From: Tubiluchus corallicola
Taxonomy: Eukaryota; Animalia; Priapulida
DNA length: 64,000 bases
Direction of reading: 5' to 3'
Assembly (NCBI GenBank): GCA_030141605.1
Contig: JAQGDQ010000001.1
Coordinates: 310,001 to 374,000, forward strand
Shown here: positions 12,626 to 26,190 of the stretch, piece by piece
How positions within the stretch are numbered: the stretch's first letter is position 1
Layout of the letters: every line of letters begins with the position of its first letter
Made by a program: the position numbers and the translations under genes
Notes under the pieces: generated by a model
The model's database searches: none
Seen by the model: the letters and a program-made list of their open reading frames with translations, nothing else
Told to the model about the DNA's origin: nothing

Positions 12626-14996
12626 ATACATGTGGACTTGTAATATGAGTAAAATAGATGTGAACTGTGATGGCAAATGTTAAAAGTGCTTTCATATTTC
12701 ACACATTTCAAGTGGTTGATGTACTAATATGTTACAATAATGATTTTTTGTAACTGAGAGGGACAGAAAATCAACTTAATGAACAATGAGAAACTGAAAA
12801 GAGGGAGAAAACCTACCAAACACATATATAAGGATTGAGGAATCACAACTATGTTGTTCAACACTAAACATTCTTGATCATGTGTGACATCTCTGGCATG
12901 TGTAATAAACAGTTATTTGAAATGGTAAAAGTGCTTTCCTGCTTCTGACATATGAGTACTAGAAAAAGTGTAAATCTGTGGAGCAATTCAGCAGCTTAAT
13001 GTGTTCCATCTTGTTGGTAAATTGTATGCATTGCACCTAATATATGATCACAAAGATGCTAAACTGTTAAAGTCACTGCTGTCATCACATTGTTAGGTTA
13101 TCAAGTAAGCCTAGTTTATGTATACATCTATCTAGTACTTTGTGTTGCAAAACATTAGTAAACATACGTCTTTTGAGGACACATTTTATTGACAATAGTG
13201 ACAAATTTGAGGCATTTATATGAGTTAAAACTATATTAAAATTTATAATCTACCATCTAAAGTTTTGAGTTCATTGCAATATATTTACTGCCTTCATCAG
13301 TGGTCATTTGACAGTTTTGGTTGTCTGGAAATTCAACTCATACTCTGATAATCATTTCTTATAAAGGGATAATGGGGTTGATACTTAGTGGCGCTAAAAC
13401 CAGGTTCTTATAATCAGTATCTTTATTTGTACATGCAAGAGTAAACTACAAATTAATGGACTGAATTGGATTCACCATAAAATAACAAACGATTTATGTG
13501 TTCTAAAAGAATCTTTGTCATAAACTACACATTGTCAAAAAAGTGATCGTTCACGACATATTTCATACTTCACTTTAGAAGTGAAGTATATTTGTATTAT
13601 ATGTATATAAATCCTTAATGATTGTCACAAAGAAATTTATTTATATAAATAAACTATTTAAATTAAAAAGTGTTTCTACAAAACTTATAATCTCATGTTG
13701 TATTTAAATAATGTATATACATTATACATGCCTTCTGAGCACTTGGTGTTTTTGTTACTGTGGCCCCAAATTAAGTCATTCATTGGTAAGGATTTATGAA
13801 CGAACGCCTGAGCACTGAAAAGTATAAAAGAATATAATTATATTAACTGCAAGAACTAAAAAAATATCAGCCCATCACTGATTATTTTTACTGCCTGTTT
13901 TCTGATGTTTTATGTTAAATTACTGAGTGATGTTCACACTACTAGGTGTGCTACTTATTTTGGTTTATTATTTTCACAAAAAAATAATTATTATGGTAAT
14001 ATAACTTGCACAAATTATGCTGCAAAAAGTGTTTACTGATGTTGATGTTTTAATCATGCATTGCTTTGATGTTAAAATTAATGTTTTATCATGCATTGTT
14101 TACTACCATAAAAGCGAACTTAGCGAACAGCTAAATAATTGTAACATGCATGCAAGGTGTTTATTATGACAAAAACTACAAAGAGCTATTTCAGCTGTTT
14201 GACGAATAAAACGACCGGAACATTGAGAAAGTATTCTGAAAATGCGAAAAAATGCTTGCTTTCTTATCTTACGTCGTAAATTTGCTCTACTTTTATATTA
14301 ACATTATTAGCACTTGCATTAACAATGTAATTTCGCAGCTCAGAAACTCGTAAAAATCAAATACTTCAAGAATAAATTAATCGCAGCGAGTGAACGAGAT
14401 TATATGAGAGGAATTACATCCCGGACACTCCATGCTTTTCAAGAATTCATACTTTTCTGTTGCCCGTGTAATCTCAGCAGAAGGTTTGCGCGGATAATCG
14501 ATTACGCAAAATTCCTGTAGAACATTTGCTTCATTACATTTTGGAGTGCTTTCAATATCTTGTACACCGGTACCACTGGCCACAGCTAAGCTAGCTTGAC
14601 CCTGGTACGACAGGCATCGCGCCCCTTTTCGTGATAGTCTGTATTCATCCTCGTGCTACAGAAACAATAAATGGCAGCTGTGTTACACATTTAGGTGGGT
14701 TAAAAGGGAAAGCATGTTATCAAGTTTTATTTATTTCTCACTCATTAAATGCCCCTTTCTTGGTAAAATCGGTGTTTTAATGTCGTTTATCCGTTATGCA
14801 AGGGGTTCTCAACAGTTTTCGTTAAATACCCCCAAAGTAAATACCACTGACCCGTTACCCTACATATTCTGGCATCTTTGTTAACCACAGAAAAGTAAAT
14901 GTCATAAAAGGTGGCATGATCTGGCTCAAAATCTGTGTGATATCTGCAAAAAATAAGGCCTTAATTAACACAGCAAGCAAAAAAACACGCTGCATC

Positions 14997-15186
14997 TGTT
15001 CCTTAATCAGCTCAATAATTGTATCATGGTTAACTTAACACACACATCGTTTATCTATAATAATGTTACGTAATTGCAAAATGTCTGTTTGTGCATGTGT
15101 TCCTTAACCAGCTCTTATTTGTATCATGCTTAACACACACATCGTTTATCTATAATAATGTTACGTAATTGCAAAATGTTTGTTTG
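14997..15186. repeat. ~100-bp tandem duplication
   Basis: tgttccttaa.cagctc...cttaacacacacatcgtttatctataataatgttacgtaattgcaaaatgt.tgtttg present twice. Confidence 0.85.
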
Positions 15187-15451
15187 AACAATGTTTATGA
15201 AACATTTAAACATAATACCCACTTTTAATACTAGTTTAAAAGCAATTAGCCTTTCGAAATCATATATTGGGCGACTGTTTCTCCTGCTTTATGTTTCAGG
15301 TAATGTATCATTTTTGCTGGTGTTTTAAAACTCAGCTGTTTTAGAGTGAGTAATACTATTCTATCTTAAATTTTAATGTATTTAAATATATGCATACCTA
15401 CACTATTTAATATTGTTTTTCACGTTCACAATAGTTTACAGAATGTCACTT

Positions 15452-15668
15452 AAACGCAGGAAGTGTTACTATTGGCTGTTATCGCAGAAGTCGGATGAAA
15501 GTTGAGCAAGTCCCGACTTTCATCCGACAAGTCGTATGTTAAATTTTCCCGTTCACACGACGTCCGACAAAGTCTGTCCGACACTATCCGATTTTGTCTG
15601 ACGACTGTCTGATTATGTAAAAGTTCATCCGACAATACGATTTTGTCGGGTTGTCTAAACCGGGCATT
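15452..15668. mobile_element. Harbinger-like MITE fragment
   Basis: Repeated tccgac motifs; end tgtctaaaccgggc resembles the reverse complement of GCCCGGTTTACAC-type TIRs. Confidence 0.35.
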
Positions 15669-16119
15669 AGTTTGCAATGTTGTAAACAAAAAGTGTAACG
15701 ATAACATGTCGATACAACATTTTTGTTTCGTAAGCTGTACAAATGTACATAATAATACATGTTTACGTATATAGATAAACAGCAATTAATAAATTTTAAT
15801 CTTACCGCATAAGCATTATTAGGCCTACACGAATTTTAATTAATTTAATATAGCCAGCTTTTTAAAACAGTAAAATAATACCCTAAAGGTTACAAGTAAA
15901 CAATCAAAATAATTACCAGAGGCATTTTTATGTTTTAAATCTTGTAACAAATACGTATTGCACTTTGTTCACAATCATTTCGCCAGGTGGCAGCAAGTAG
16001 TCATTTTATATATACTAATTAGTTAATACACTTGTCTCAAGAGTAGCTTGGATGAAATAGGTGGGGGGACTGTGCGTGAACAATAGACATAAAACCTACA
16101 TTCGCCAGGCAAAGGAAAA

Positions 16120-16480
16120 CTATGTTTATATGTGACCCGAGAATTCCTGGTCAAAGGTCGCGGAGCGGGTATATAGGTATTTATTTTTTTGCGTTGGGCT
16201 CTATAGCTCCTAGTTTTTTGAGCTAGGGCTACATTTGGTATGCGCCCAGTTGGGTTGACGACTTGATGAGACGTGTCGAATGGTACAAGTTACGTCGAAA
16301 TTGGTTGACCTCTGACCCCGCTAGAGGAGGCAAAATAATGGTCGACGAGACAAATGTTTCCACTGTTAAGCTGAACAAGTTTGCATAGTACATCAAAATG
16401 ATAGGTTTTGAGGAGACGAATTGAATAGTACGTTGACAGGAGATTGATTGATCTTTGACTCACGGGCCTAGGTAATCGAG
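16120..16480. mobile_element. Interspersed repeat with tgacc(t)tgac-type subrepeats (Helentron-associated-like)
   Basis: ggtcaaaggtc, ttgacctctgacc and tgatctttgact motifs recur. Confidence 0.3.
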
Positions 16481-17410
16481 CAATGCAAATTCAATAAATT
16501 CGAAATTATGACTTTCAAACACAATGTTAACGTCTTTTTAAGGTCTAGTTCTGTAAGTATTGTTTGCAAAATCTTCATTTTCTGACCACTTCAGAAACAT
16601 TGTCAACTAGTTCATTATTCGCTTTATTTACCTTAATGCGCAGTTTGCATTTGCAGCTTTATCTCTTTTTATTTGTTTTGTAAGACTGGTTTCAACTCAA
16701 TTGAATTGTAATGAACCAGAATTAGGTTAGCTAATTAAATTATATTGATTGGTTGGTTTCCATTTAATTAAAAATCATTTGTGTGTTTTCAAGTTAAATA
16801 AGATATTATTATTAAAATTCTTGTAACTTTTGCTGAGCTATTTCTACTCTGCAACTATTTGTTCATATGCTTATTTTTAACATTTTTAAAGTAATGAGTT
16901 TATTTTGGTCAATGGACAAAGTAGTAAAGAAAATAAAAGTTGAACTCGATTTAGTATAGCTCGATTTACGAACTATGTATAGCTCGTAAAATGTGACTGA
17001 AATACGAAATTACTGCATAGCTAATAATTAATAAGATAAAAATGCAGGAAACTACGTGGACTAAAAATAGTATATGGATGCTGTTGACACAACCAGTAAT
17101 GATTCATCGTCTATATTACTACTACATATAGAGGAAAGGTAATTACTGCATTTCTATTGATCGTGTGCTTCAGCTATGGAAGCTGGCGCAAGCGCACATA
17201 AGATACTGGAGTATCTCTCGTTCTGCATCCATTCCGTGAATCTGCATTTTCTGTCCCTTATGAAAACGTGTTAGCCAGTGTGTAGTTTTGGTATCGCAGC
17301 AGTAGTCATTCCTTCTTGTTCAATTCCTTAATAATACGACGTGCTTAGAAGTGTATAACCATCACACATCATGATTATATCACACAGAGCGAATCCGGTA
17401 GTCAGGCTGC

Positions 17411-18576
17411 ATGTTATGCAGTATTGTTGCCAGGTTGATGCGTCGCCGTAGCACGTTCAAAATGGCAACATCTGGATCCAGATCGAAAGCTTTTAGCGAG
17501 CTTGTCAAGTGTGTAAACGGCTTCAGCATTCGCGCCGGTAAGAAGAGCACGAAGGAAAAGCAAAACAAAGAAAAAATCATGAGCAGCATCACTACCTCCA
17601 CGACGACAATATCCGAGAACGCCTCCTCCAGCATTACGAAGACATCGCCCATCGCTACTATTGCATTAGGTATCGGCGTGGCTTCGTATAACGGCAACGA
17701 TGAAACCAAGAAAAACATTTGGATGAACGGCGAGTTTCTTGTCAAGTTTTTCGACTATTTTTCTCCGTGTGAGCGGTGCACTTTGGCCCAGGTGTGTTCC
17801 AAGTGGAGGGATGTGATTTATCAACCCAGATTTTGGCAGTCTGTAAGAGCAGTGATACAGTGCAAATTATGGAATGACAGTGAATGTCTTCCAGATATGC
17901 GTGTCAAGTATTATTACAGTCTTCAAAGGCGCGGATTCGACTCCATTTGCCTTCTAGGTGCAACAGATACAGACATTAGTCATTTTGTAAACAGTTTCAA
18001 CTCAGCTAAAAAGAGTGTCCGCTGCCTTAGTCTCAGGTGTTCTAATATTACGGATAAGGGTCTAGAAAGAATTTTACAACATTTGCCTAACATACATCGG
18101 TTGGAATTGTCTGGGTGTAATGACATTACCGAGGCAGGTCTGTGGTCCTGTTTAAGTGCCAATATTGAAGCTCTGTCGGTATCAGACTGCATAAATGTTG
18201 CTGACGATTCGGTAGGAGCAATCGCGCAGCTTCTTCCGTCGCTTAGAGAATTCAATTTACAAGCTTACCACGTCACAGACTCGGCTCTTTCCTATTTTAG
18301 CTCTAAGCAGAGTTACAGTTTGAGCGTTTTACGGCTTTCTTCTTGCTGGGAAGTGACAAATCACGGCGTCGTAAATATTGTACATTCCCTACCAAATCTT
18401 ACGGAGTTGAGTCTTTCTGGCTGTAGCAAAGTTACCGACGACGGAGTAGAACTGATTGCAGAGAATTTGAGGAAGCTAAAGGTTTTGGACTTGTCTTGGT
18501 GCCCTAGGATAACCGACGCTGCGCTAGAATACATAGCCTGCGATCTTGGCGAACTGAACACGCTTTGTCTAGACAG
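17411..18576 (+). CDS. FBXL16: FBXL16 (F-box/LRR protein 16) exon 1; the start could instead be ATG 17462 (MATSG)
   Basis: F-box [26 protein letters not shown]; LRRs nearly identical to FBXL16 ([50 protein letters not shown]); AG|gtaggg donor, phase 2. Confidence 0.96.
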
Positions 18577-21500
18577 GTAGGGTCCATAGAAAATGTGTCA
18601 TAGAATATACAACAGTAAACAAACAGTGTCCCTTGAATTTCTGATATCGACTCTAGCCAGACATTAATAAAACAATATTTTAGGGTAAGAGATTATAAAG
18701 CAAGTAAGCAAATCTTAAAATATTTGGTAAGAAGCTTAGATCAGAGATATCAGACAATAGTCAGTAATGCTTTAATTGTAGGCAACCGTATGTTATATCT
18801 TATGATATAGACATTATAGATATACAGAGGACAGCAATGGGTTAGTCAGAGATTAAAATTAAATATCTTTCTGCGCATTACTTTCTTTCTTTAAGGCGCG
18901 TACGCATGCATGCGTATATTGGTAGTTGTAGAATGTATGTTTGTCAGTTTTCTGCTTTGCTTTTAATTAAACTCTCGCCTGTTTATAGCCACTTACACTG
19001 AATATCATTTGCTTAATAATTTTGCGAGCTTTTGCGATGCTGCGCAGAATTTCCAAATGAATACATACTTGCATACTTGTGAATAACCCATTATAAATGT
19101 GAAGAGATTTCTTTCCACGAAAATTTTGTGTTAAAGGCCGGCCATAATGAAAATTTTTGATACACGCTTTCAAGCGTAGATGTTCAACCGTTGGTAATTC
19201 CAGCAAAAATTGCGTTGTTTGAGGTTATTATGGCTTCCTAAAAGCTATTTTCAGCAATTTTTGTGGCGCAAAACGTAACCATAATCATTAAAGCCTCGTA
19301 GCGTAAAAAAGTCTGACGTATGATCAAGCTAATTTATTGTCGTTATTCTTGGTAATGGTAATTATTTTGCTACTGATACCATGAAATGTATCTGATGCAT
19401 CAAACACATAACTGAATGTTATAATGTGCTTTTAATCAATGCGGATGTTGTTAACGGTGATTATTAACTACTAGGAGTGCCGTCAGCCTCTCGTAAATCC
19501 GTTGATCGCAGATCAAACTCACAACGCTGCATGGGCGTGTGGGAAAAGCTTTCCTAAAGCGATTTTTTGCAACTACCATTTCATTCTCATGTTTTGTATT
19601 AAGAGAATGATGTATATGCTGTATATTTGTTATGAAACGCCATGACTTAAACAATAGGAACCTAAGAATTGATACAAAGTGAATGCATTACTAACTGCCA
19701 GCTAGTGCCAAGTTGTCAGCGTGATCCATAGTCCGTAATGCGTATTAACTGTCTCCATGTGTCAATGAACGCTAGACGTAAACTACGACACTCTTTCCAC
19801 CATTTTAGTTGCTATTCGTGAAAATTGGAAGTAATCATTTTTGGAAGCCATGCCTCTGACGAAATTTTAGGGTGATAATTACAACGGTTTGTACAACGGT
19901 TGCATTAGCTTATTATTGCACTATTAGACGGAAATGGAAGTTCAAGTTTTATATGTGCAACATTTTGTAGGGGAGAGAACAATACGACACGTATCGTCAT
20001 TAAATTTTAATGAAAGAACTCCAACTAGGTGCATAACACATAATACGCTTCTTCCACCTCTCAAAAACTCAAATAGAAGAAATAATTATTACGCGTACGT
20101 GTTAAAGCGACCAAACTGATTTAACCTGAAGTTCCAGTTGGCGAAAATGGCCACTGCAAACCTGAAAACTCACTAAATTACCTAGGCCATGACGGTTTCC
20201 CGTCTGCGTTTGGTGCGTGTTGCGTATTCGGACGATAGCGATCACGTTCGAGTGAATACGGATTACTTATATCGCATAATGGATTGCGCATTACGTGCGC
20301 ATGGAGTCGTACGTTGACGCAAGTATGGTTAAATTTCTGATTTAAAATGATGCAAAAATGTTCAGCAAGTTTTCGCGATATCACAGTTCGTTCTCCTGAA
20401 AAATTGAGCAGACAGGTTATTTAATCTATTTTGTTGAAATACTTCCCTTATTAACAAGGACAGCTGTTATTCCATTGTTTCCAAGAACTGACTGAGACGA
20501 ATTTACTGTTTCGAGCAGTATTTTGCGAGAAACGGTAGGTAGTAATACTGTATCGTGTCTATTTAATTGAAGTAAACCTTTAGTCACTTTAGAAACACTT
20601 CTAATCGGGAGTTATTTAGTGGTACATGTAACAAGTATTATACAGAGATAAAATCGCCTGCATAACAAACTCTTGGTGAACAATGATAAATAGAATACAC
20701 CGGTTATGTCAAAATCACTGTATTGATGTTTATGCTTCAAGATTATACTTGTCCACAGTAAGCAGTAGCGATCGATAATGGACTCGTTATTAACATTGTT
20801 GTTTTTCAATAAGACGGACTGGCTGGACGGAGCTCCTTCACACGCTGCTCATTAACTGTGCGAGATCTCAATGCAAAATTTCTCGAAGGGTGGAGCGGTA
20901 GCGCTCTTGAATGAGCGTAATATTTAATACCCTTCAATATTTTATGAGTTACATCAGGTACAAAGTTCAGAAGTCAACCAATGAAATAGCTCTTTTTCAG
21001 TTTCCCCTAATCTCACAAGCTTTGCGTGTTCTACAAACTTTTTGTTTTATTTAAAAAAGAAGAAGTATAAAGTAAAGGGGTAAAGGCGTATAGTGACTTG
21101 AGACACTCATGTAATTATGTACTATATGATACACCAAAACGTCCAGCGTCTGGAAGTGAGAAATAGAACATGTGTATCGTCAACGAGTAACGAATCAAAG
21201 ATATTGGCAGCGGACGGCGTTCAGCGTCGTCAACAAACCAATGGATGACTAGAGCTGTAGATACGCAAAAGTTAACTATTTTTCGCTTATCCGCGTGCGG
21301 TGCAAGCTAAACAGATTTGTTTCGACGTGAAGCCATTCCAGTTTTCGTGTTTTGGGGCCTCGCACAGACATGCAATTTTCAGTTGTGCAATTAAAAATTG
21401 CAAAATCTGTGAATAACTAAAGTCTGTGAATGCGCGCAAAGGTATGCAACTAAAAATTGTGCAAATAAAACTGAGCTCAAACTATTAGTTATGCTGCTTT

Positions 21501-22199
21501 GTAATGTACTGTTTTCAATGAGAGCGCGCAGACATTCAATTTTTGATTGCGCAACTTTTAATCAAGACACAATACTTAAGTGTGAGAAAAAAGAAGTGTC
21601 TTATGAAAAGGTGCAATTAAACATGCAAAACAGAGAAAAGAAAACCAAAAGAAAATCATTGTTACTATCTTTGCTACTATCTTCAAGAAATTCAGTGACA
21701 AACTCAGAAAATGGAGATGAAAATACGAAGTTTTGTAAATGAACAGCGTTTTGCGAACACATCCCTGCGCAAGGAAACCTTTCAAATGCCCACCCTAGTT
21801 ACTGTATTAGCGCTTCAGTGAGTGTCGCAAATTTTACTGATTTTAACGGGAAAACTTTTAGGCACGCTGCGGCCCTAGCACTAATGATGACGTAGTACCA
21901 TAAAGTCACCGAGAGCCGCTCTTCTGCCTGAATGCTTTTCCATAGTTAGTGTTAATATAACTGATGAATACTAAACAGTTCATCAAAACCATTATCATCT
22001 GATAATATTTCATATTTATTTGTTAGTGCCAAAAATACATACAATAACAAAAAACAATACCTACATACAATTTCAATTTTGAAAAATAGTGATAATGCAG
22101 ACAAACAAACAACAATTACTGATAGAACAAATATGATTAAATCTTTCTCTTAGTTATTTTAGTTACTTAAATGAACAGTTTATTGATTAGTATTTAAAA

Positions 22200-22745
22200 T
22201 AAATTGTCATTCACAAGGCCTCATTTTCAATGACATGATCATTACGTAGCATATTGTTCACCATGTCTTAAAATCGCTTTTCAACATAATTAATAAATGC
22301 CTTAATTTCTTCTAAATCATTACTTCCCATCAAGGATAAAAATTTATTAGCATCGCTCATAAGGAAAAATTCTGGTATAATTACATTGATGTGATTATTT
22401 AATTTTCCTTTAAGGTCAATGTAATATGGACATTTTATAACAAAGTGTAATTCATCTTCGATTTCATTTCTTAAACAATATGTGCATATTCGATTCTCAG
22501 CAGGGATTTTTCCAGGATAACGTACCACTTTCAATACACATCGCATGAGAGCTGATTCTCAGTTTTGCAAATTTTGTTATAGCATATATGGAATAACCAG
22601 AAAGTAAATAGTTTTCTAGTTGATATTGTTTTTGAAGGTTCGATACGTTTACAGTTTATTTTGTCCACCAGGTTTGTTATAATTGTGGATTTTTTCTTTC
22701 CAAAATAGGGTATAATCAGTTTTTATTTTTTCTTCTAATTTATAA
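22200..22745 (-). pseudogene. LINE ORF2 3'-end remnant (C-terminal CCHC zinc-binding region)
   Basis: ENRICTYCLRNEIEDELHFVIKCPYY motif typical of CR1/L2-group ORF2 ends; frameshifted upstream KLRISSH. Confidence 0.8.
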
Positions 22746-22746
22746 A

Positions 22747-23341
22747 AGCACAAGAAAACCCTCCACTTACACAAAGCTTAAAAAATTCGTCTCGAAATTT
22801 TATACCACTTACATACAACCTCATCGCATGCATGGCTCATTTCGGCCGTAACGCTGTATAAAACGTGAAAATTTAAACTACCGGGATAACCGTTAGGCGC
22901 AGCCATTTTAATAGTAGGTCGTTTCAAACAAGATTTGATAACATTGAGTAAAGTTTGAAAAAATAATCAGAGCATTCATAGCATACATGTTGCTAATTAA
23001 GTAAAATTTTAAATGACTGTATCTTGTCTATAAGATTAAAAATACGTTTTTGGCTAGTGAGTGGCGCACCCTTCTAGCAGGTAAGTGAAATGCTAATATA
23101 GATCTGCACGGAACGTTTTTTGGGTCATAATTTAACATTGCCCTTTCTTCTCCTGATTTACGTGTTTTAGGGACGTCATGTAATGGCGCGGTCGGAACAG
23201 TATTGCGGGGGATTCAAAATGAAAACAAACGAAAATTCCTTTCAATGCGAATACGACATGTGCATAAAATTGCTGTAAAGTAGTATAATTTTTTAAGGCG
23301 ATTTTTCTGAAACCTACTTCAGCTGTCCCTTTTCCTGTCCT
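22747..23341 (+). mobile_element. Kolobok-like MITE, copy 1 (internally shorter)
   Basis: High similarity to 25522-26190; ends agcacaagaaa...tttcctgtcct. Confidence 0.75.
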
Positions 23342-23726
23342 TTAGGTGAAAACGTTGTCTGGGTATTCCAAACATGATAATAACAAAAGAATTTACTTGG
23401 GGGAGCCCGTAAGTCGTTATAAAACTTGTAAAATTGCCCTTTCAGTTATCATTGGCTAGTTATTGGGTGGGCCCAATATTTCTGGCGTCTCTTTGTGTTT
23501 TTGTGAATTAATAATGCACAAATACAAGCAATGTCTTCAAATTCCGTACAGTCAGTAATTCCATTTGAAAATTTCATGTCTGCGCACCCGTCTTAGGTAC
23601 GCCAGTAAAACTGCTGCAATTTTCAATTGCATGTCTGCGCGGGGCCTAACAAGTTTCTGGCCAGTTTTTATATTGTGACGTTACAACAGAGTAATAACGT
23701 CGAAACGACAAAACCAATTTATGACG

Positions 23727-24030
23727 AATCCAGGTAAAAGAATCACAGGATAAATGTCACAGAAAAAGTCACAGGAAAAAAGACACTGACCCTAAGACAT
23801 TGAACAAATCGTGAATTTTTTTCACATACATGTACATGTAATAGCATACATACCATATACGATGATATAACACATAATATATAAATACTGTGTTCAATAT
23901 GTACAAGTCATGTCCATCCAGTTAATAACTGATTTAAAATATTTGCTGCTTTGTTACTTTAATTATTTATAGTACTTAAAAAAATGTGACTGACGTGAAT
24001 ATTTTGATTTGATTACCTGATTTTTTCTCC
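23727..24030. mobile_element. MITE-like repeat with aaaagtcacagg subrepeats (related copy at 31790-31940)
   Basis: gaat.caggtaa start, tandem aaa(g/t)cacag(g/a) units, ccctaa core. Confidence 0.45.
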
Positions 24031-25521
24031 TAGCCAAGACTTACTATCACAAGAGAAAGGGAAAAGTCTTTCCAGTCTGAGGAGGACTTTCAACAAATCA
24101 CACTACATTTTAACATGTAATCTAAATAATATTGCTTTACCACTGTCACAGGGGGCTTAATGAGTACTTTGCTACCGCGTGGTGAAACTCAATAGTAACC
24201 TGCTAGCTTCCCACCCCGGAAGTCACGAGTTCAGTTTCTGATCGAGTCATACAAAAGATCTGCAAATGGTACCGCTGATTCTTCGACCAAGTACGCGGGA
24301 AGCTAAGTGCAAAGCACTTCATGTCGGTGCATTCCTCAGTGTCATGCAGATTAATAACCGAGATAGGAACAACTACAGAAGGTATCATGTGGGCAAGTTT
24401 GGGTAACCATAGAAGCTGTAAGTTTATTATCGTTGATGCTTTTAGAAGCGGTAGCCGTTTAATTGCAAAAGTTTAATTTTTTATTTTGTATAACATCTAA
24501 GTTCCCCAAGTCGCAAAGCATCTCGATCTAAAGTACTAGCATATTGCGATTTCAAACGTTTCCGACTGACGGCTTGTCATCGGCACATTGCCTAAACGGA
24601 TTTGCGAAAATTTGTAAGCAGGAAACCCTAGAATTATTTATACCTAGGGAGGTAAACACTCGGTAAACCAGCCACTGCTGGAAAATCTTCCAAAATATCA
24701 GCCAAATATCTATAAATACAATCTGCTGGGCATATTGCTTGCTAAATGGAGGCGGTTTGTTTAAAATAGTGACTTCTCAAGTCATGCAGTGGGCAAGTTG
24801 AAATCATCTGGTTCTGATCTAATTGGAATGGCTGCTTTACTGCACACTATCCGCCAGCATTAAACGCACAAAAAGAAGCTGATTAATTAATAAATCATGC
24901 AAGCAAAACTAATGCATGTAATGACGGATGTAAATTGACTGGTAATGACTATACGATGAGCAATGATTTGATGACTTTTTAGCAGAGTCCGCCTTCATGT
25001 AAGACACTGCATCCATCAGCGCTTTACCGAATTTTCCGATAAATTCTTAGCCCCTACCTCATCAGTTATAATTCTTAGTATCACTAGACGAATTATAAAC
25101 TAAATATAAGCAGTAACTCTTTATGGGCACTACGTGGAAAGTGCACGAATCGTTGATCATAGGTGGGTGGGTAACAATAGCAGTTGTTAGCCCAGTCAAG
25201 TAACCACTTGAATTGTCCAGCGTCCTGTGTCCTGGACCTTTTAACTGAAATCATCGTTTACCAAACTATTATCTACCATTGTCTGAACCCCTATTCCAGG
25301 TATCTACCCTGTAAGTTTCATGACCCCGAACCTCCGTATTTCAGAATTAATACGAATTAAAGTGGTTGCTTAGAAAAACTCAAAGCCTAACATGATCAAT
25401 AACAATACTAAGAGCCCATCACTGTATGGGCTCTCTTAGATTTGTCATGCTCGCGGATAAAAATTATACCAAATTTCTGTTTTTTCCACTCCATTACAAT
25501 GAGCCCTTTTTGGCTGTTTAA

Positions 25522-26190
25522 AGCACAAGAAAAACCTCCACTTACATAAAGCTTAAAAAATTCGTCTCGCAATTTTATACCACTTACATACTACCTTTTC
25601 GTATGCATGCTTGTATCGGCCGTAACGCTGTATAAAATGTGTAAATTTAAACTCCCGCGATGACAGTTAGGCGCAGCTATTTTAATGGTAGGTCGTTTGA
25701 AACAAGTTTTGATAACATTAAGTAGAGTTTGAAAAAATAATCAGAGCATTCGTAGTATACATGTTGATAATTAAGTAAAATTTAAAATTACTGTATCTTG
25801 TCAATAAGATTAAAAATACGTTTTTGGCTAGTGAGTGGCGCACCCTGAAGGGGTGAGTCAGCGACATTTTACCAATTGGCAAAAACATTTTAAATTATTA
25901 GTCTAGTTAGATAAGTCTTTCCAGCAGGTAAGTGAAATGCTAAGTAATGTAGATTTGCACGGAAAGATTTTGGGACATAATTTAACATTGTCTTTTCTTC
26001 TCTTGATTTACGTGGCGTAGTGACGTCATGTAATGGCGCCGTCGGAACAGTATTGCGGGAGAGTTAAAAAGAAAACAAACGAAAATTCCTCTCGACGCGA
26101 AAACGATATGTGCATAAAATTGCTGTAAGGTAGTATAATTTTTAAGACGATTTTTCTGAAACCTACTTCAGGTACCCCATTTCTTGTCCT
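25522..26190 (+). mobile_element. Kolobok-like MITE, copy 2, with TTAA target duplication
   Basis: TTAA|AGCACAAGAAA ... TTTCTTGTCCT|TTAA; AG termini plus a TTAA TSD fit Kolobok. Confidence 0.8.

Larger units (their letters stand above)
21356..23646. mobile_element. Harbinger/PIF-like non-autonomous element carrying nested insertions
   Basis: 22-bp TIRs with 20/22 match: ggcctcgcacagacatgcaatt / aattgcatgtctgcgcggggcc; right end followed by TAA; internal copies of the gcgcagacat motif. Confidence 0.65.

Noticed and set aside
17380-18561. Antisense ORFs over FBXL16 exon 1
   Set aside because: Shadow ORFs of a real coding strand with no recognisable motifs.
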